NCBI GenBank assembly: GCA_965229995.1 | Contig: OZ245933.1 | Location: 1,040,792-1,104,791, forward strand | Direction of reading: 5' to 3' | Length of the DNA: 64,000 nt | Source: Thermodesulfobacteriota bacterium | GTDB taxonomy: Bacteria > Desulfobacterota_D > UBA1144 > Nemesobacterales > Nemesobacteraceae | Part shown: positions 14,159 to 28,004 of the stretch, piece by piece | How positions within the stretch are numbered: the stretch's first letter is position 1 | Layout of the letters: each line of letters opens with the position of its first letter | Notes under the pieces: model-generated | What the model saw: the letters and a program-made list of their open reading frames with translations, nothing else | Told to the model about the DNA's origin: nothing | Databases searched by the model: none | Program-made: the position numbers and the translations under genes

Positions 14159-15028
14159 ATAAGTATTCTTGTCAATAAAGACTCAAAAGTTCTCGTTCAG
14201 GGAATAACGGGAAGCGCGGGGCTGTTTCATGCGACCCAGTGCCGGGAGTACGGAACCAATGTCGTGGGCGGCGTCACGCCTGGAAAAGGTGGAAGCAGCG
14301 TCGAAGGATTCCCGGTTTTCGACACCATGACTGAAGCTGTGCGGGAAACCGGAGCCAACGTATCTTTGGTGTTCGTTCCGGCCGCATTCGCTATGGATTC
14401 AATGCTCGAGGCCCTCGATTCAGGCGTAGAACTCGTCATCTGCATAACAGAGGGAATACCCACCCTTGACGTGGTAAGGGTAAAAGAATACATGAGGGGT
14501 TCTCATTCAAGGCTTGTGGGACCCAACTGTCCGGGTGTCATAACTCCCGGGGAGGCCAAGGTCGGAATAATGCCGGGTTACATTCATAAACCCGGAAGAG
14601 TGGGGATAATCTCAAGAAGTGGAACCCTGACCTACGAGGCCGTCTGGCAGCTTACAAATCTCGGTATAGGACAATCGACCTGCTTAGGCATAGGAGGCGA
14701 TCCCGTTATCGGAACCACGTTTATTGACGCGCTTTCACTCTTTGAGAACGACCCGGGCACAGACGCGGTGGTAATGATAGGGGAAATCGGAGGGTCAGAT
14801 GAAGAAGAAGCGGCGGAGTACATAAGCCAGAGCTTCACAAAGCCCATAGCCGCCTTTATCGCCGGAGCCACGGCGCCCAAAGGGAAAAGAATGGGTCACG
14901 CGGGAGCCATAATTTCTGGGAGCGCCGGAAGCGCCGAAGACAAGTTCCAAGCACTTGAGCGTGCCGGAGTCGCTACCTGCAAAAGCCCGGCAGAGATGGG
15001 GGAAGCGCTTCGTAGCGCGATCTCGTAA
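14159..15028 (+). CDS. sucD: succinate--CoA ligase [ADP-forming] subunit alpha
   Basis: A clear SucD alignment begins at [24 protein letters not shown], including the CoA-binding glycine loop, and the catalytic-His region MGHAGAII is present. The frame has no ATG/GTG/TTG between the upstream in-frame TGA (14132) and the glycine loop. The likely start is ATA or ATT at 14159 or 14165, about 9 nt after GGGAGA. No sucC is adjacent. Confidence 0.8.
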   Translation: MSILVNKDSKVLVQGITGSAGLFHATQCREYGTNVVGGVTPGKGGSSVEGFPVFDTMTEAVRETGANVSLVFVPAAFAMDSMLEALDSGVELVICITEGIPTLDVVRVKEYMRGSHSRLVGPNCPGVITPGEAKVGIMPGYIHKPGRVGIISRSGTLTYEAVWQLTNLGIGQSTCLGIGGDPVIGTTFIDALSLFENDPGTDAVVMIGEIGGSDEEEAAEYISQSFTKPIAAFIAGATAPKGKRMGHAGAIISGSAGSAEDKFQALERAGVATCKSPAEMGEALRSAIS

Positions 15029-15135
15029 CGCCCCCAGTCTTAAAGCAACCGAAAATCTCAACCGCTCAGCGTCTTAATTCCCTATCATGTCATGTTCCAC
15101 GGGCAATCCTTAAAATTGGTTATTATTGTGCCCGT

Positions 15136-17667
15136 ATGGAACTCAAACTTTTCGAACTCGAGATTTTTAACAACCTTCTTGGAACAATAGCCGAGGAAAT
15201 GGGCTCGGTTCTCATAAGAGCCGGATTCTCTCCGAACATAAAGGAGAGAAGGGATCTTTCCTGCGCCATATTCAACTCAGACGGGGAAATGATCGCACAG
15301 GCGGCCCATATCCCCATACACCTCGGGTCAATGTCATTTGCGGTGAGATCGGTAGCGACGGAAAATCTCTCTCCGGGAGACGTTTTCATTCTTAACGATC
15401 CGTTCCGCGGCGGAACGCATCTCCCTGATGTAACATGCGTAGCGCCCGTGTTCGTGGACGGGAAACCGGAGTTTCTGCTCGCCTCTCGCGCCCACCACGC
15501 AGACATAGGAGGCAGCACACCGGGATCCATGCCACTTTCAACGACAATACACGAAGAGGGAATCATAATACCGCCGACAAGGATACGGGAAGGGGGCGTG
15601 CTGCGGGAAACCCTGCTTGAGGAGATAATCCGCTCGACCAGGGATCATGAGGAAAGAGAAGGAGATCTGCGGGCGCAGATAGCCTCGCTTGACACCGGGG
15701 GGAAGAGGATGCAGGAGCTTCTGGAAAAGCATTCCCTTGAGAGGATAAATCATGCCGCTTCGGGTCTTCTTGACTACGGGGAAAGACTCATGAGAAACGC
15801 CATAGAGAAAATACCTGACGGCGACTACGTCTTTACCGACTACCTTGAAGATGACGGAGCGGGAACAAGGGATATACCCATAAAGGTAAAAATAGAAATA
15901 AGAGAAGATGCCGCCACCGTGGATTTCAGGGGAAGCTCAAAAAAGGTTAAAGGATGTCTTAACGCTCCCCTGAGCGTAACGACTTCCGCTGTCTTGTACT
16001 GTTTTCAGTGTCTCTCAGGCGAAGACACGCCTCTTAACTCGGGGACGCTCAGACCGATTGAAATCAAAGTCGATGAGGACTCAATCCTAAACGCCCGATA
16101 CCCGAGTGCGGTTGTCGGCGGAAATGTCGAAACGTCCCAGAGGATAGTGGACGCGGTGTTCGGAGCGCTCGCTTCCGCAATCCCAGAAACAATACAGGCG
16201 GCAAGTGCGGGAACAATGAGCAATCTGGCGTTCGGTTCACCGGAAAGCACCCCTTCTGACTCCTCCTACGCCTACTACGAAACCATCGCCGGCGGAATGG
16301 GAGGACGGTCAGGTGCAGATGGAGCAAACGCCGTGCAGACGCACATGACAAACACGCTCAACACCCCCGTCGAGGCAATCGAGAGGGAACTTCCAGTAAT
16401 GGTGGAATCATACTCCATAAAAAAGGGGTCCGGAGGAGCGGGCAGGTTCCCGGGCGGCGATGGAATCATAAGGCAGTACAGGTTCCTGGAGGACTCTCAT
16501 GTTTCCCTTATAACCGAGAGAAGGGAAAAACGGCCCTGGGGAGTTGGAGGCGGAGAAGACGGCAAGAGCGGGGAGAACACCCTTTTATCGGGAACAAAAG
16601 AGAAAAAACTGCCTGCGAAGTGCTCCATTGCGGTAAAAGCCGGAGAAGCGGTAAGAATCGAGACTCCGGGAGGAGGAGGATGGGGAAGCCTTGCCCCTGC
16701 GACTTTTTTTACCGTTGACGCCCATCAGGACATAGCCTTTCACATGCGTCACCACAAAAGAGATTTCGAGAGCCCCGAGATTCCCTGCATGATAACCCTG
16801 CCCGGACTCAGGCAGAGCGGAACAAGGGTCGTTTTCAACACCGTCTTCATTCACCCCAAGCACAAACCCGGGGGTTCGGTAACAGAAGCCATGGCCCAGC
16901 TTGACGTATACGATGAGATATACCGAGAACACTCAGAAAGCGTCTTTCAGATAAAAGACAGACGGGACATAGACAGACTGCGCGAAGGGGGGAAAATCGG
17001 ATTTCTCACTCTTATGGAAGGAGCTGACCCCGTCTCGGACCCAAAACATCTTCTCGAATACCACAAAAGAGGCGTCCGGGCGCTCGGTCCCTCCTGGAAC
17101 AACCAGAATATTTACGCGTCCGGGCCCGAAAGCGACAAGGGACTCTCCGCGCAGGGAAAGGAACTTCTCGGCCAAATGAACTCACTCGGCATTACGCTTG
17201 ATCTTTCCCACTTAAACGAAAAGTGTTTCTGGGAAAGCATAGAACTCACGAAACTCATACCCGTTGCAACCCACTCGAATTCAAGAGCCCTTGTGGATCA
17301 CCCCAGAAATCTGCGTGACGAGCAACTTCGCGCCATCTCCGATAGAGGCGGGGTAACGGGGGTTGTTTTCTACGGAAGATTCCTCAGGGAAGGACCGGGT
17401 TGCGCCACCCTCGAAGACATATACGCTCATATAGATCACATTCTGAGCGTCTGCGGCGAGGATCACGTGGGAGTGGGAACCGACATGGACGGAGCGCCCG
17501 TAAAGGATTTCCCCGAGGAGATGAGGCACATATCCAAACTTCCCGCACTCTCCGAGTATCTTCTCGGCAAAGGATATCCGAGGGGGGTTGTGGAGAAAAT
17601 AATGGGAACAAACTTCCTTCGGGTAATAAAAACGAACCTCGAAAAGGTACCGGACGACATCGAGTAA
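15136..17667 (+). CDS. fusion protein: hydantoinase B/oxoprolinase-family domain (N) + membrane dipeptidase (peptidase M19) domain (C)
   Basis: Residues 1-520 carry HyuB hallmarks (NIKERRDLSCAIF, HIPIHLGSM, NDPFRGGTHLPDVT). Residues from about 525 to the end carry M19 dipeptidase hallmarks (TVDAHQDIAF, VATHSNSRALVDHPRNL, HIDHILSVCGEDHVGVGTDMDG). The frame is continuous for 843 aa. Confidence 0.7.
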   Translation: MELKLFELEIFNNLLGTIAEEMGSVLIRAGFSPNIKERRDLSCAIFNSDGEMIAQAAHIPIHLGSMSFAVRSVATENLSPGDVFILNDPFRGGTHLPDVTCVAPVFVDGKPEFLLASRAHHADIGGSTPGSMPLSTTIHEEGIIIPPTRIREGGVLRETLLEEIIRSTRDHEEREGDLRAQIASLDTGGKRMQELLEKHSLERINHAASGLLDYGERLMRNAIEKIPDGDYVFTDYLEDDGAGTRDIPIKVKIEIREDAATVDFRGSSKKVKGCLNAPLSVTTSAVLYCFQCLSGEDTPLNSGTLRPIEIKVDEDSILNARYPSAVVGGNVETSQRIVDAVFGALASAIPETIQAASAGTMSNLAFGSPESTPSDSSYAYYETIAGGMGGRSGADGANAVQTHMTNTLNTPVEAIERELPVMVESYSIKKGSGGAGRFPGGDGIIRQYRFLEDSHVSLITERREKRPWGVGGGEDGKSGENTLLSGTKEKKLPAKCSIAVKAGEAVRIETPGGGGWGSLAPATFFTVDAHQDIAFHMRHHKRDFESPEIPCMITLPGLRQSGTRVVFNTVFIHPKHKPGGSVTEAMAQLDVYDEIYREHSESVFQIKDRRDIDRLREGGKIGFLTLMEGADPVSDPKHLLEYHKRGVRALGPSWNNQNIYASGPESDKGLSAQGKELLGQMNSLGITLDLSHLNEKCFWESIELTKLIPVATHSNSRALVDHPRNLRDEQLRAISDRGGVTGVVFYGRFLREGPGCATLEDIYAHIDHILSVCGEDHVGVGTDMDGAPVKDFPEEMRHISKLPALSEYLLGKGYPRGVVEKIMGTNFLRVIKTNLEKVPDDIE

Positions 17668-17871
17668 CGCGTCGCCGATGCTTTCTTTAATCCAGAGCGG
17701 ATACTTACCGATTCCTGACTTCCGCACTTTTGTGATGTAAGTGACTGGAATCACATATCCGGGTATGCGCAGGTACACTACAAGATCAACCCGCATTTCT
17801 CACCGCATAGGGATTTAGGAGGATTTTATAGCTGACTCCCAAACCCCTTGTTCTCTGTGCTCCAAGGATGC

Positions 17872-18066
17872 TTAAGCGGCAATCGGGAAGCCAAGTTTCA
17901 GCCTTCTTCTTTCCTCCTCCCTCTCCCCGTTCCTCAAAAGCACCCCAAGACGATTGATGTTCGCGGCAAGAACCGATAAAACCACACTCCTCGCAAACCC
18001 CTGCTTCCCATGAACTCTTACCTTGTCATACCCCTTGTGATTCAAAGCGTTTACAGCAGACTCCAC
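17872..18066 (-). pseudogene. C-terminal remnant of an IS5/IS4-family DDE transposase
   Basis: The 64 aa fragment VESAVNALNHKGYDKVRVHGKQGFARSVVLSVLAANINRL mirrors the conserved C-terminal E...K/R...RY..L......F...A.....L block of IS5-group transposases. No N-terminal portion and no inverted repeats were identified. Confidence 0.4.
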
Positions 18067-18158
18067 CGCGGGATGCTGCCTCCGACCTCTACAAACTCCT
18101 CACTGCCCTGCCTCCGCTTTACACGAAACCCCGTATCTTTCTGCTGACATGGGTAAGT

Positions 18159-19403
18159 TTACTGAACAAGAAAAATGTCTTGATTCGTTTCCCTGCCAGA
18201 GATTTGTATCTCAAATAACTTTGTCAGCAGCGCGAAAGTCGCTTTGCTGCTATGATCCTTGGCGTCGATGTAAAACCAGTGACCGTTATGTCTAGTAAAG
18301 ACCGAAGCGCAGTCTCCATCAGTTTGGGGACTTGAACAAATCAGCTGAGGTTGCGTATCGCTTGATATGATTTCGAATCGCTGTCCAGCGGGGCTGCAGT
18401 CCCAACCATCTCGCTTTTCGCCTTCTTTCCTGCAACCTTCGCCGTTCTTGATCTTTGAGATTTTGACTATTTCCCTGTCCCTATCGGGTACTTTTACGTT
18501 CTGCGACAGATAGTGCATTATTCCGAATAATGAGCGGGTTCTCACTTTTATTTCGGAACTGGACCTGGTTTCAGAGTCGGTCAGTATTAAAATTCCTTTT
18601 CTATCTTCAATCTTCAAAAGATTCGTCAACTCTTTCCATTGCGGGTCATTATTGTTTTCGCACAAGCAATCGTTGTCATCCAAAAAACAGGCTATTAATT
18701 TTTTCCGCGATTCTTCTTTTTTGATTTTGGTAGGTATGCAAAGTTCGGAACAGATCTCATCAGGGCTGGCATTGAGAAATCTTATTTTATTTTGTTGTCT
18801 CAAATCTTTTAATGCGGTAAGTATAGCTTCGTATTTGTTGAATTCTTCCTGCTTTGGTAAATAATCCGGGGTAGGTCCGGATGCAAACGGGGCATTTAAT
18901 GCAGGGCCGAAACGCTCAACTGTTATTGCCAGAACGCGTTCTATCGAAAACCCGGATTGGGTAAGATCAAACACTGTCTCCAGCCCCAAACGTCGATTCA
19001 TGGTCGTATTCAGTTCCTTGCCGATAAGCGGACTGTATTGAAGGGTAGTTTCACGGGTGCCGCCTATTCCCACCTGCCCTAAGAGACTATTTTCGCTTTT
19101 CTGGTTATCTGCTTCTGAGGAGGCAAGGAAGCTGGTTACCGCGCCGGTTAATGAAATTTTGCTCGGTTCCTGTTTGTATTTTTCCGTTACCGTTCCAACA
19201 GTTGTAAATACAGGCGGTTTTCCATAGCGCATGCGCACCAGGTTTTTAAGCATCTGACTGTCTCTGGCCACAGCCATTTGATCAATAAAGTTGCTTTGCC
19301 ATTTTTCGTTCCAATTCAGAGTTTGGCAACCGGACAGCACCAAAGCGACTGACATTGTAGCTGCAAATAAGATAAAGGAACTGATTCTACGGTTTTTGGA
19401 CAT
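18159..19403 (-). CDS. hypothetical lipoprotein (AT-rich, likely horizontally acquired)
   Basis: 414 aa. Signal peptide plus lipobox (VLSGC), many Cys pairs in the C-terminal half, no recognisable domain. The local base composition is visibly more AT-rich than its flanks. Confidence 0.55.
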   Translation of the reverse strand: MSKNRRISSFILFAATMSVALVLSGCQTLNWNEKWQSNFIDQMAVARDSQMLKNLVRMRYGKPPVFTTVGTVTEKYKQEPSKISLTGAVTSFLASSEADNQKSENSLLGQVGIGGTRETTLQYSPLIGKELNTTMNRRLGLETVFDLTQSGFSIERVLAITVERFGPALNAPFASGPTPDYLPKQEEFNKYEAILTALKDLRQQNKIRFLNASPDEICSELCIPTKIKKEESRKKLIACFLDDNDCLCENNNDPQWKELTNLLKIEDRKGILILTDSETRSSSEIKVRTRSLFGIMHYLSQNVKVPDRDREIVKISKIKNGEGCRKEGEKRDGWDCSPAGQRFEIISSDTQPQLICSSPQTDGDCASVFTRHNGHWFYIDAKDHSSKATFALLTKLFEIQISGRETNQDIFLVQ

Positions 19404-19548
19404 GGTGATAGCTTACGCTTTTAAAAATCCAAGACCTCTTTGTCTTCAAATTAAACTTGCAGGACTTTACCTAGGGGGGATAATCCCAAGAATGCACATT
19501 GTTCCAGATCCGAGTCTATTTACTGGAAGAAACCTGTAGAGTCCAATA

Positions 19549-19773
19549 TCAACAGTCACAACTCCTTCTTTTATCCGCACACTTTTGACTTTTGGCTCTA
19601 TGTACTGAAGCAACCTTAACTACATGCTTTTCACTCTTTTCCTCAAGGATCTTTTCCACTGAAACAGCATCATACAGCCTGTTTGGATGAAAAAACCAAG
19701 CTCGTAAAGTTTCTTCATATCTGTCGTCAATTTTCACCCGAGCCCGAGGAGTATGTGGTTTCAGCAAGTCCAC
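19549..19773 (-). CDS. hypothetical small protein
   Basis: 74 aa ORF with no recognisable motif. Coding status uncertain. Confidence 0.2.
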   Translation of the reverse strand: MDLLKPHTPRARVKIDDRYEETLRAWFFHPNRLYDAVSVEKILEEKSEKHVVKVASVHRAKSQKCADKRRSCDC

Positions 19774-19800
19774 AATGATAGTGGACTCAAGCGAAGACCG

Positions 19801-20232
19801 TCAGCCCAGGTTTATCTTGTACCTTCCAGAGCCGGAAATCATTAATACCACATAGACAAAAAGATATTCAATCGCGTTTGAAGCACCTTGCCATCCCGCC
19901 GCGGATGACTCTTCCGGAAGATACAGGTGAAAGAGAACCGCCACGAGCATGTTAACGGACAGAAGAAAAGTCGCGGGCATAAAGAAAACCCCCGCAATTA
20001 TGAAAGCCGAGCAGAAAAACTCGGCAAAAGCCGCCATGAAACCCCAGAAAACCGGGTAAGAATCAATACCGAGAGTCTGTAATGACCCCCCGACTTTAGC
20101 CCATCTCTCGGGCCCCCCGATCAGCTTTCCGTAGCCGTGGAAAATAAGCATCGAGAAGCCAAAACCCACTCTGAGCAGAAAAATTCCTAAATCCACATCC
20201 CTGCTTCTGCCATAACTTAACATGATTTCCAA
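19801..20232 (-). CDS. DoxX-family membrane protein
   Basis: 143 aa, four TM helices. LLRVGFGFSMLIFHGYGKL is characteristic of DoxX. Confidence 0.7.
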   Translation of the reverse strand: MEIMLSYGRSRDVDLGIFLLRVGFGFSMLIFHGYGKLIGGPERWAKVGGSLQTLGIDSYPVFWGFMAAFAEFFCSAFIIAGVFFMPATFLLSVNMLVAVLFHLYLPEESSAAGWQGASNAIEYLFVYVVLMISGSGRYKINLG

Positions 20233-20252
20233 TTTTATACTAAGTAGACCTG

Positions 20253-21053
20253 TTAAACAAGGTCTTCTCCGCCGTCAACCCCTATCACGTTACCCGTTAT
20301 CCAGGCGGCTTCGTCAAGAGAGAGAAGCGCAATGGCTCTTGCCACGTCTTCCGGGGTCGTCAATCTTCCCGAAGGGTTTGCCCCGAGAGCGTGGGCAATG
20401 AGTTTCTCGTTTCCCGGAATTTTTCTAAGCGCGGGAGTGTCAGTTACCCCAGCCATTATCGAGTTCGCGGTAATTCCACGGGGTGCGAGTTCAGCGGCAA
20501 GCTGCCGTATGTGGGCCTCTATGGCCGCCTTAGCGGCCGATACCGCGCCGTATGTGGGCCAGACCCTGTGACTCCCTGAGCTTGTCATGGCGAATATTCT
20601 CCCGCCCTCACCCATCATTCCCTCCATAACAAGATCCTGAGCCCAGTAAACGATGCTGTGAGCCATTACATCCAGGGTCATGTCAATGTTTTTACTGTTA
20701 AGAACGTCTCTGCGTTCATCCGAGACATAGTTCTTAAGCGTCCCGAACGCGACGGAATGTATCATCACCTTTACCTGGGAACCGTCTTGTTGTATTACTT
20801 CTTTTATGTCCCCGATAACTTCCTGTCTTTTCTCCGGGTCGGCGACATTTACGTTGTAGAATCTGACCTCGCTTCCCGTGCTCTTTATTTCCTCCATTAT
20901 GCCCTCCACCTTCGCCATGGTACCCCGACGGTCAAGGTGTACGCCGAAAATATTCATTCCCCGGCGAGCAAGCTCAAGACTGCAGGCCTCTCCGAAGCCG
21001 CTTGAAGAACCGAGCACAACCGCCCAACTGCCCTTAAGAGAATTGTTAAACAA
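20253..21053 (-). CDS. SDR-family oxidoreductase
   Basis: 266 aa. N-terminal VVLGSSSGFGEA glycine-rich NAD(P)-binding loop and the catalytic YGAVSAAK (YxxxK). Confidence 0.7.
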   Translation of the reverse strand: MFNNSLKGSWAVVLGSSSGFGEACSLELARRGMNIFGVHLDRRGTMAKVEGIMEEIKSTGSEVRFYNVNVADPEKRQEVIGDIKEVIQQDGSQVKVMIHSVAFGTLKNYVSDERRDVLNSKNIDMTLDVMAHSIVYWAQDLVMEGMMGEGGRIFAMTSSGSHRVWPTYGAVSAAKAAIEAHIRQLAAELAPRGITANSIMAGVTDTPALRKIPGNEKLIAHALGANPSGRLTTPEDVARAIALLSLDEAAWITGNVIGVDGGEDLV

Positions 21054-21131
21054 TCTTTCTACCTCTCTAGATATCTAATTTAAGAAGTGGAATCGTACAC
21101 GATTTCCCCTCTTTTTTCTAAATACGACAGG

Positions 21132-22613
21132 TCACGGCAACTCGTCGTCTGTCTGTTTGTCGGAAGAAACGGCGTACCCAGAGAGCTGAGATCTCTCCGA
21201 GAGATCCGGGGAAAGTTCCTTTGAGGTTTTTATTCCCAATTCCCTGAGATCCAAAGCTCTTTTCACGAGATTACCCTTCCCCTCACAGAGACTGTTTATT
21301 GCGCTCTGATAAGCCCGGTCGGATTGTTCTATGCGTCTACCCACATCTTTTAAGTGATCAACGAAAGTTGCGAACTTGTCGTACATTCTTCCGGCACTTT
21401 CCGCTATTTCCCTGGCATTTGCGTTCTGGTACTCAAACTGCCAGATGCTGTGTATGGTTCTGAGCGTCGCGAGAAGAGTCGAGGGACAGACGATTATCAC
21501 ATTTTTCTCGAAAGCCTCGGCATAAAGATCCCTCTCCTTTTCTATGGCCAGCATGAAAGCGGATTCAAGCGGAATAAACATCAAAACGTAGTTAAGGCTC
21601 GTGATTTCAGGAATATCCTCATATCCCTTGGCGCTAAGTTCCTTTATGTGGCTTCGAAACGAGAGAATATGCTGCCTGAGGTAATCTTTTCTCTCCTCTC
21701 CGTCCTCGCAGGACATGTATCTTTCATAAGCGGTAAGGGAAACCTTGGAGTCGATTATAACGTCTTTTCCCTCGGGGAGATGAACGATCACGTCAGGTCT
21801 TAGTGTATTGCCGTTATCCCCCTTGTAGCTCGGCTGGGAGTGATATTCCCTGCCCTCAGACAGGCCCGACATCTCAAGCGCTTTTTCGAGCACTATCTCC
21901 CCCCAAGCTCCCTGGGTCTGCGATTCTCCCTTGAGAGCGGTCGTGAGATTAAGGGCTTCGCGACTCATCTGCTCGCCAAGGTTCTTAAGATTCTCTATGT
22001 GAACTTTGAGGGAGGCTCTGTCGGTGGTTGCCTTCTCGTGGGTATCGGTGACTTTTCTTTCGAAATCCTTTATCTGCTCGCGAAGGGGGTTTAGGAGATT
22101 CTCCATGTCCGCCTTGTTCTTGTCGGTGAATTTTTTCGTCGTATCCTCGAAAATTCTGTTTCCAAGGTTCTCGAACTCGTCTCCGAGCCTTTTTTTCGCT
22201 TCATCGAGGATAGCCAGTTTTTCCTTGAAACCCCTTCTTTCCTGTTCTATGGTGGTTTCAAGCCGCGAAAGGAGACTTTCCTTTTCAGTAACCTGGGAGT
22301 TCAGTTTCCCGATCTGCCTTTCGAACTCGGAAATCCTGGAATCGCGGTCCGTAATAGCAGTTGCTTTTTCTTTTATGCTGGATTCAAGGGAGGCTTTCTC
22401 GGCGTTAAGAGCACTTGCGGCCTCAACCGAGTTTCTAAGTTTCTCTTCAAGCAGTACGCCTTTGCTCTTTGACTCTTTCAGTTCGGTTCTGATAAAGGAC
22501 AGTTCGGTTTCAACTGACTCGCGCCGGCCCTTTTCCCTAGTCAGGTAGTAGAACAACGCAAGGGCAACAATCGCCATTGCTCCCAGATGGGTAAGCAGAC
22601 CAGAAATATCCAT
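21132..22613 (-). CDS. rmuC: DNA recombination protein RmuC
   Basis: 493 aa. N-terminal TM helix, long coiled coil, and C-terminal RmuC nuclease-like domain (PDVIVHLPEGKDVIIDSKVSL...). Confidence 0.8.
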   Translation of the reverse strand: MDISGLLTHLGAMAIVALALFYYLTREKGRRESVETELSFIRTELKESKSKGVLLEEKLRNSVEAASALNAEKASLESSIKEKATAITDRDSRISEFERQIGKLNSQVTEKESLLSRLETTIEQERRGFKEKLAILDEAKKRLGDEFENLGNRIFEDTTKKFTDKNKADMENLLNPLREQIKDFERKVTDTHEKATTDRASLKVHIENLKNLGEQMSREALNLTTALKGESQTQGAWGEIVLEKALEMSGLSEGREYHSQPSYKGDNGNTLRPDVIVHLPEGKDVIIDSKVSLTAYERYMSCEDGEERKDYLRQHILSFRSHIKELSAKGYEDIPEITSLNYVLMFIPLESAFMLAIEKERDLYAEAFEKNVIIVCPSTLLATLRTIHSIWQFEYQNANAREIAESAGRMYDKFATFVDHLKDVGRRIEQSDRAYQSAINSLCEGKGNLVKRALDLRELGIKTSKELSPDLSERSQLSGYAVSSDKQTDDELP

Positions 22614-22749
22614 AGCACAGTTATTATAAACGATAATGGGGGTCGCGGGGAACGGCCCTCAGGAGGTTCTGCCCTCGGAGGGGCAGAAAAACCTTTGGCA
22701 ACTGAATATAACGCTGAGAAATTGTGTGTTGCTATCGAGAATTTTCAAG

Positions 22750-25707
<2,958 letters not shown>

Positions 25708-25808
25708 CATGAAAATCCTCGATAATACTAACAACACGATCAATTCTGTTTCTCAGCGTTATATTCAGTTGTCAAAGATCAAAAAAGCATTCAAAAATTC
25801 TTTTTCTA

Positions 25809-25881
25809 TGGAGGTGAACGGGCTCGAACCGTCGACCTTCTGCTTGCAAAGCAGGCGCTCTCCCAACTGAGCTACACCCCC
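25809..25881 (-). tRNA. tRNA-Ala (anticodon TGC)
   Basis: Reverse complement GGGGGTGTAGCTCAGTTGGGAGAGCGCCTGCTTTGCAAGCAG...CACCTCCA with CCA encoded. Lies in the 16S-23S spacer. Confidence 0.9.
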
Positions 25882-25884
25882 TAG

Positions 25885-25961
<77 letters not shown>

Positions 25962-26039
25962 CGTTGCTTTTAAAGCGCAGCAAATACTTTTTTATAAAAA
26001 GCAGATGACGAGCGAAAAAGAGACAGATATCTCCGTGAA

Positions 26040-27570
<1,531 letters not shown>

Positions 27571-27763
27571 CATAAGAATTTAAAGAATTTACGGATACTG
27601 CTCTCGTTCGCCCGCTATCATCTGCTATTAAATTTTCAAAGATCAGTTTTTAAAAAATCAGTTTTCAAAATGGGTAAAATAGCTTACTTACCCATACGTG
27701 ATTGTCAATGTGTTAAAGAAAAAAAACAATTAAAATTCAGAACGAAAAATGAAGTGAACCATC

Positions 27764-27791
27764 ATATTAACGGACGGTTTTGGTTTGGCAA
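27764..27791 (-). promoter_or_regulatory. candidate sigma70-type rRNA operon promoter (TTGCCA-16-TAATAT) in an AT-rich upstream region
   Basis: The minus-strand reading CTTGCCAAACCAAAACCGTCCGTTAATAT lies about 200 nt upstream of the 16S 5' end. A second weaker TTGACA-17-TAAGCT is found near 27691-27719. Confidence 0.4.
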
Positions 27792-28004
27792 GGGCTTTTT
27801 TGCATTTTAAGAAAAAAACCTGCGATCCATAGCAAAACCCCAGCAAAACCCCCCTACAGCCTCTCCATAGGATCCTGAGAAAAAACCCCTGATCGCCTTG
27901 TGTACAGGCACTCTACCCTTGAATTTAGGAAACAAATACGTAAAATTCTCCTTTCAAAAAATACAGCGGGACAAACAGGTCCCGCAATGATCTCCCTTGA
28001 AAAC

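Noticed and set aside
22614-22749. Looked for a 5S rRNA in the 135 nt between the 23S 3' end and rmuC, since the size is about right.
   Set aside because: The sequence has none of the conserved 5S blocks and its ends do not pair. It is an ordinary spacer with one hairpin. Reported instead as absence of 5S.
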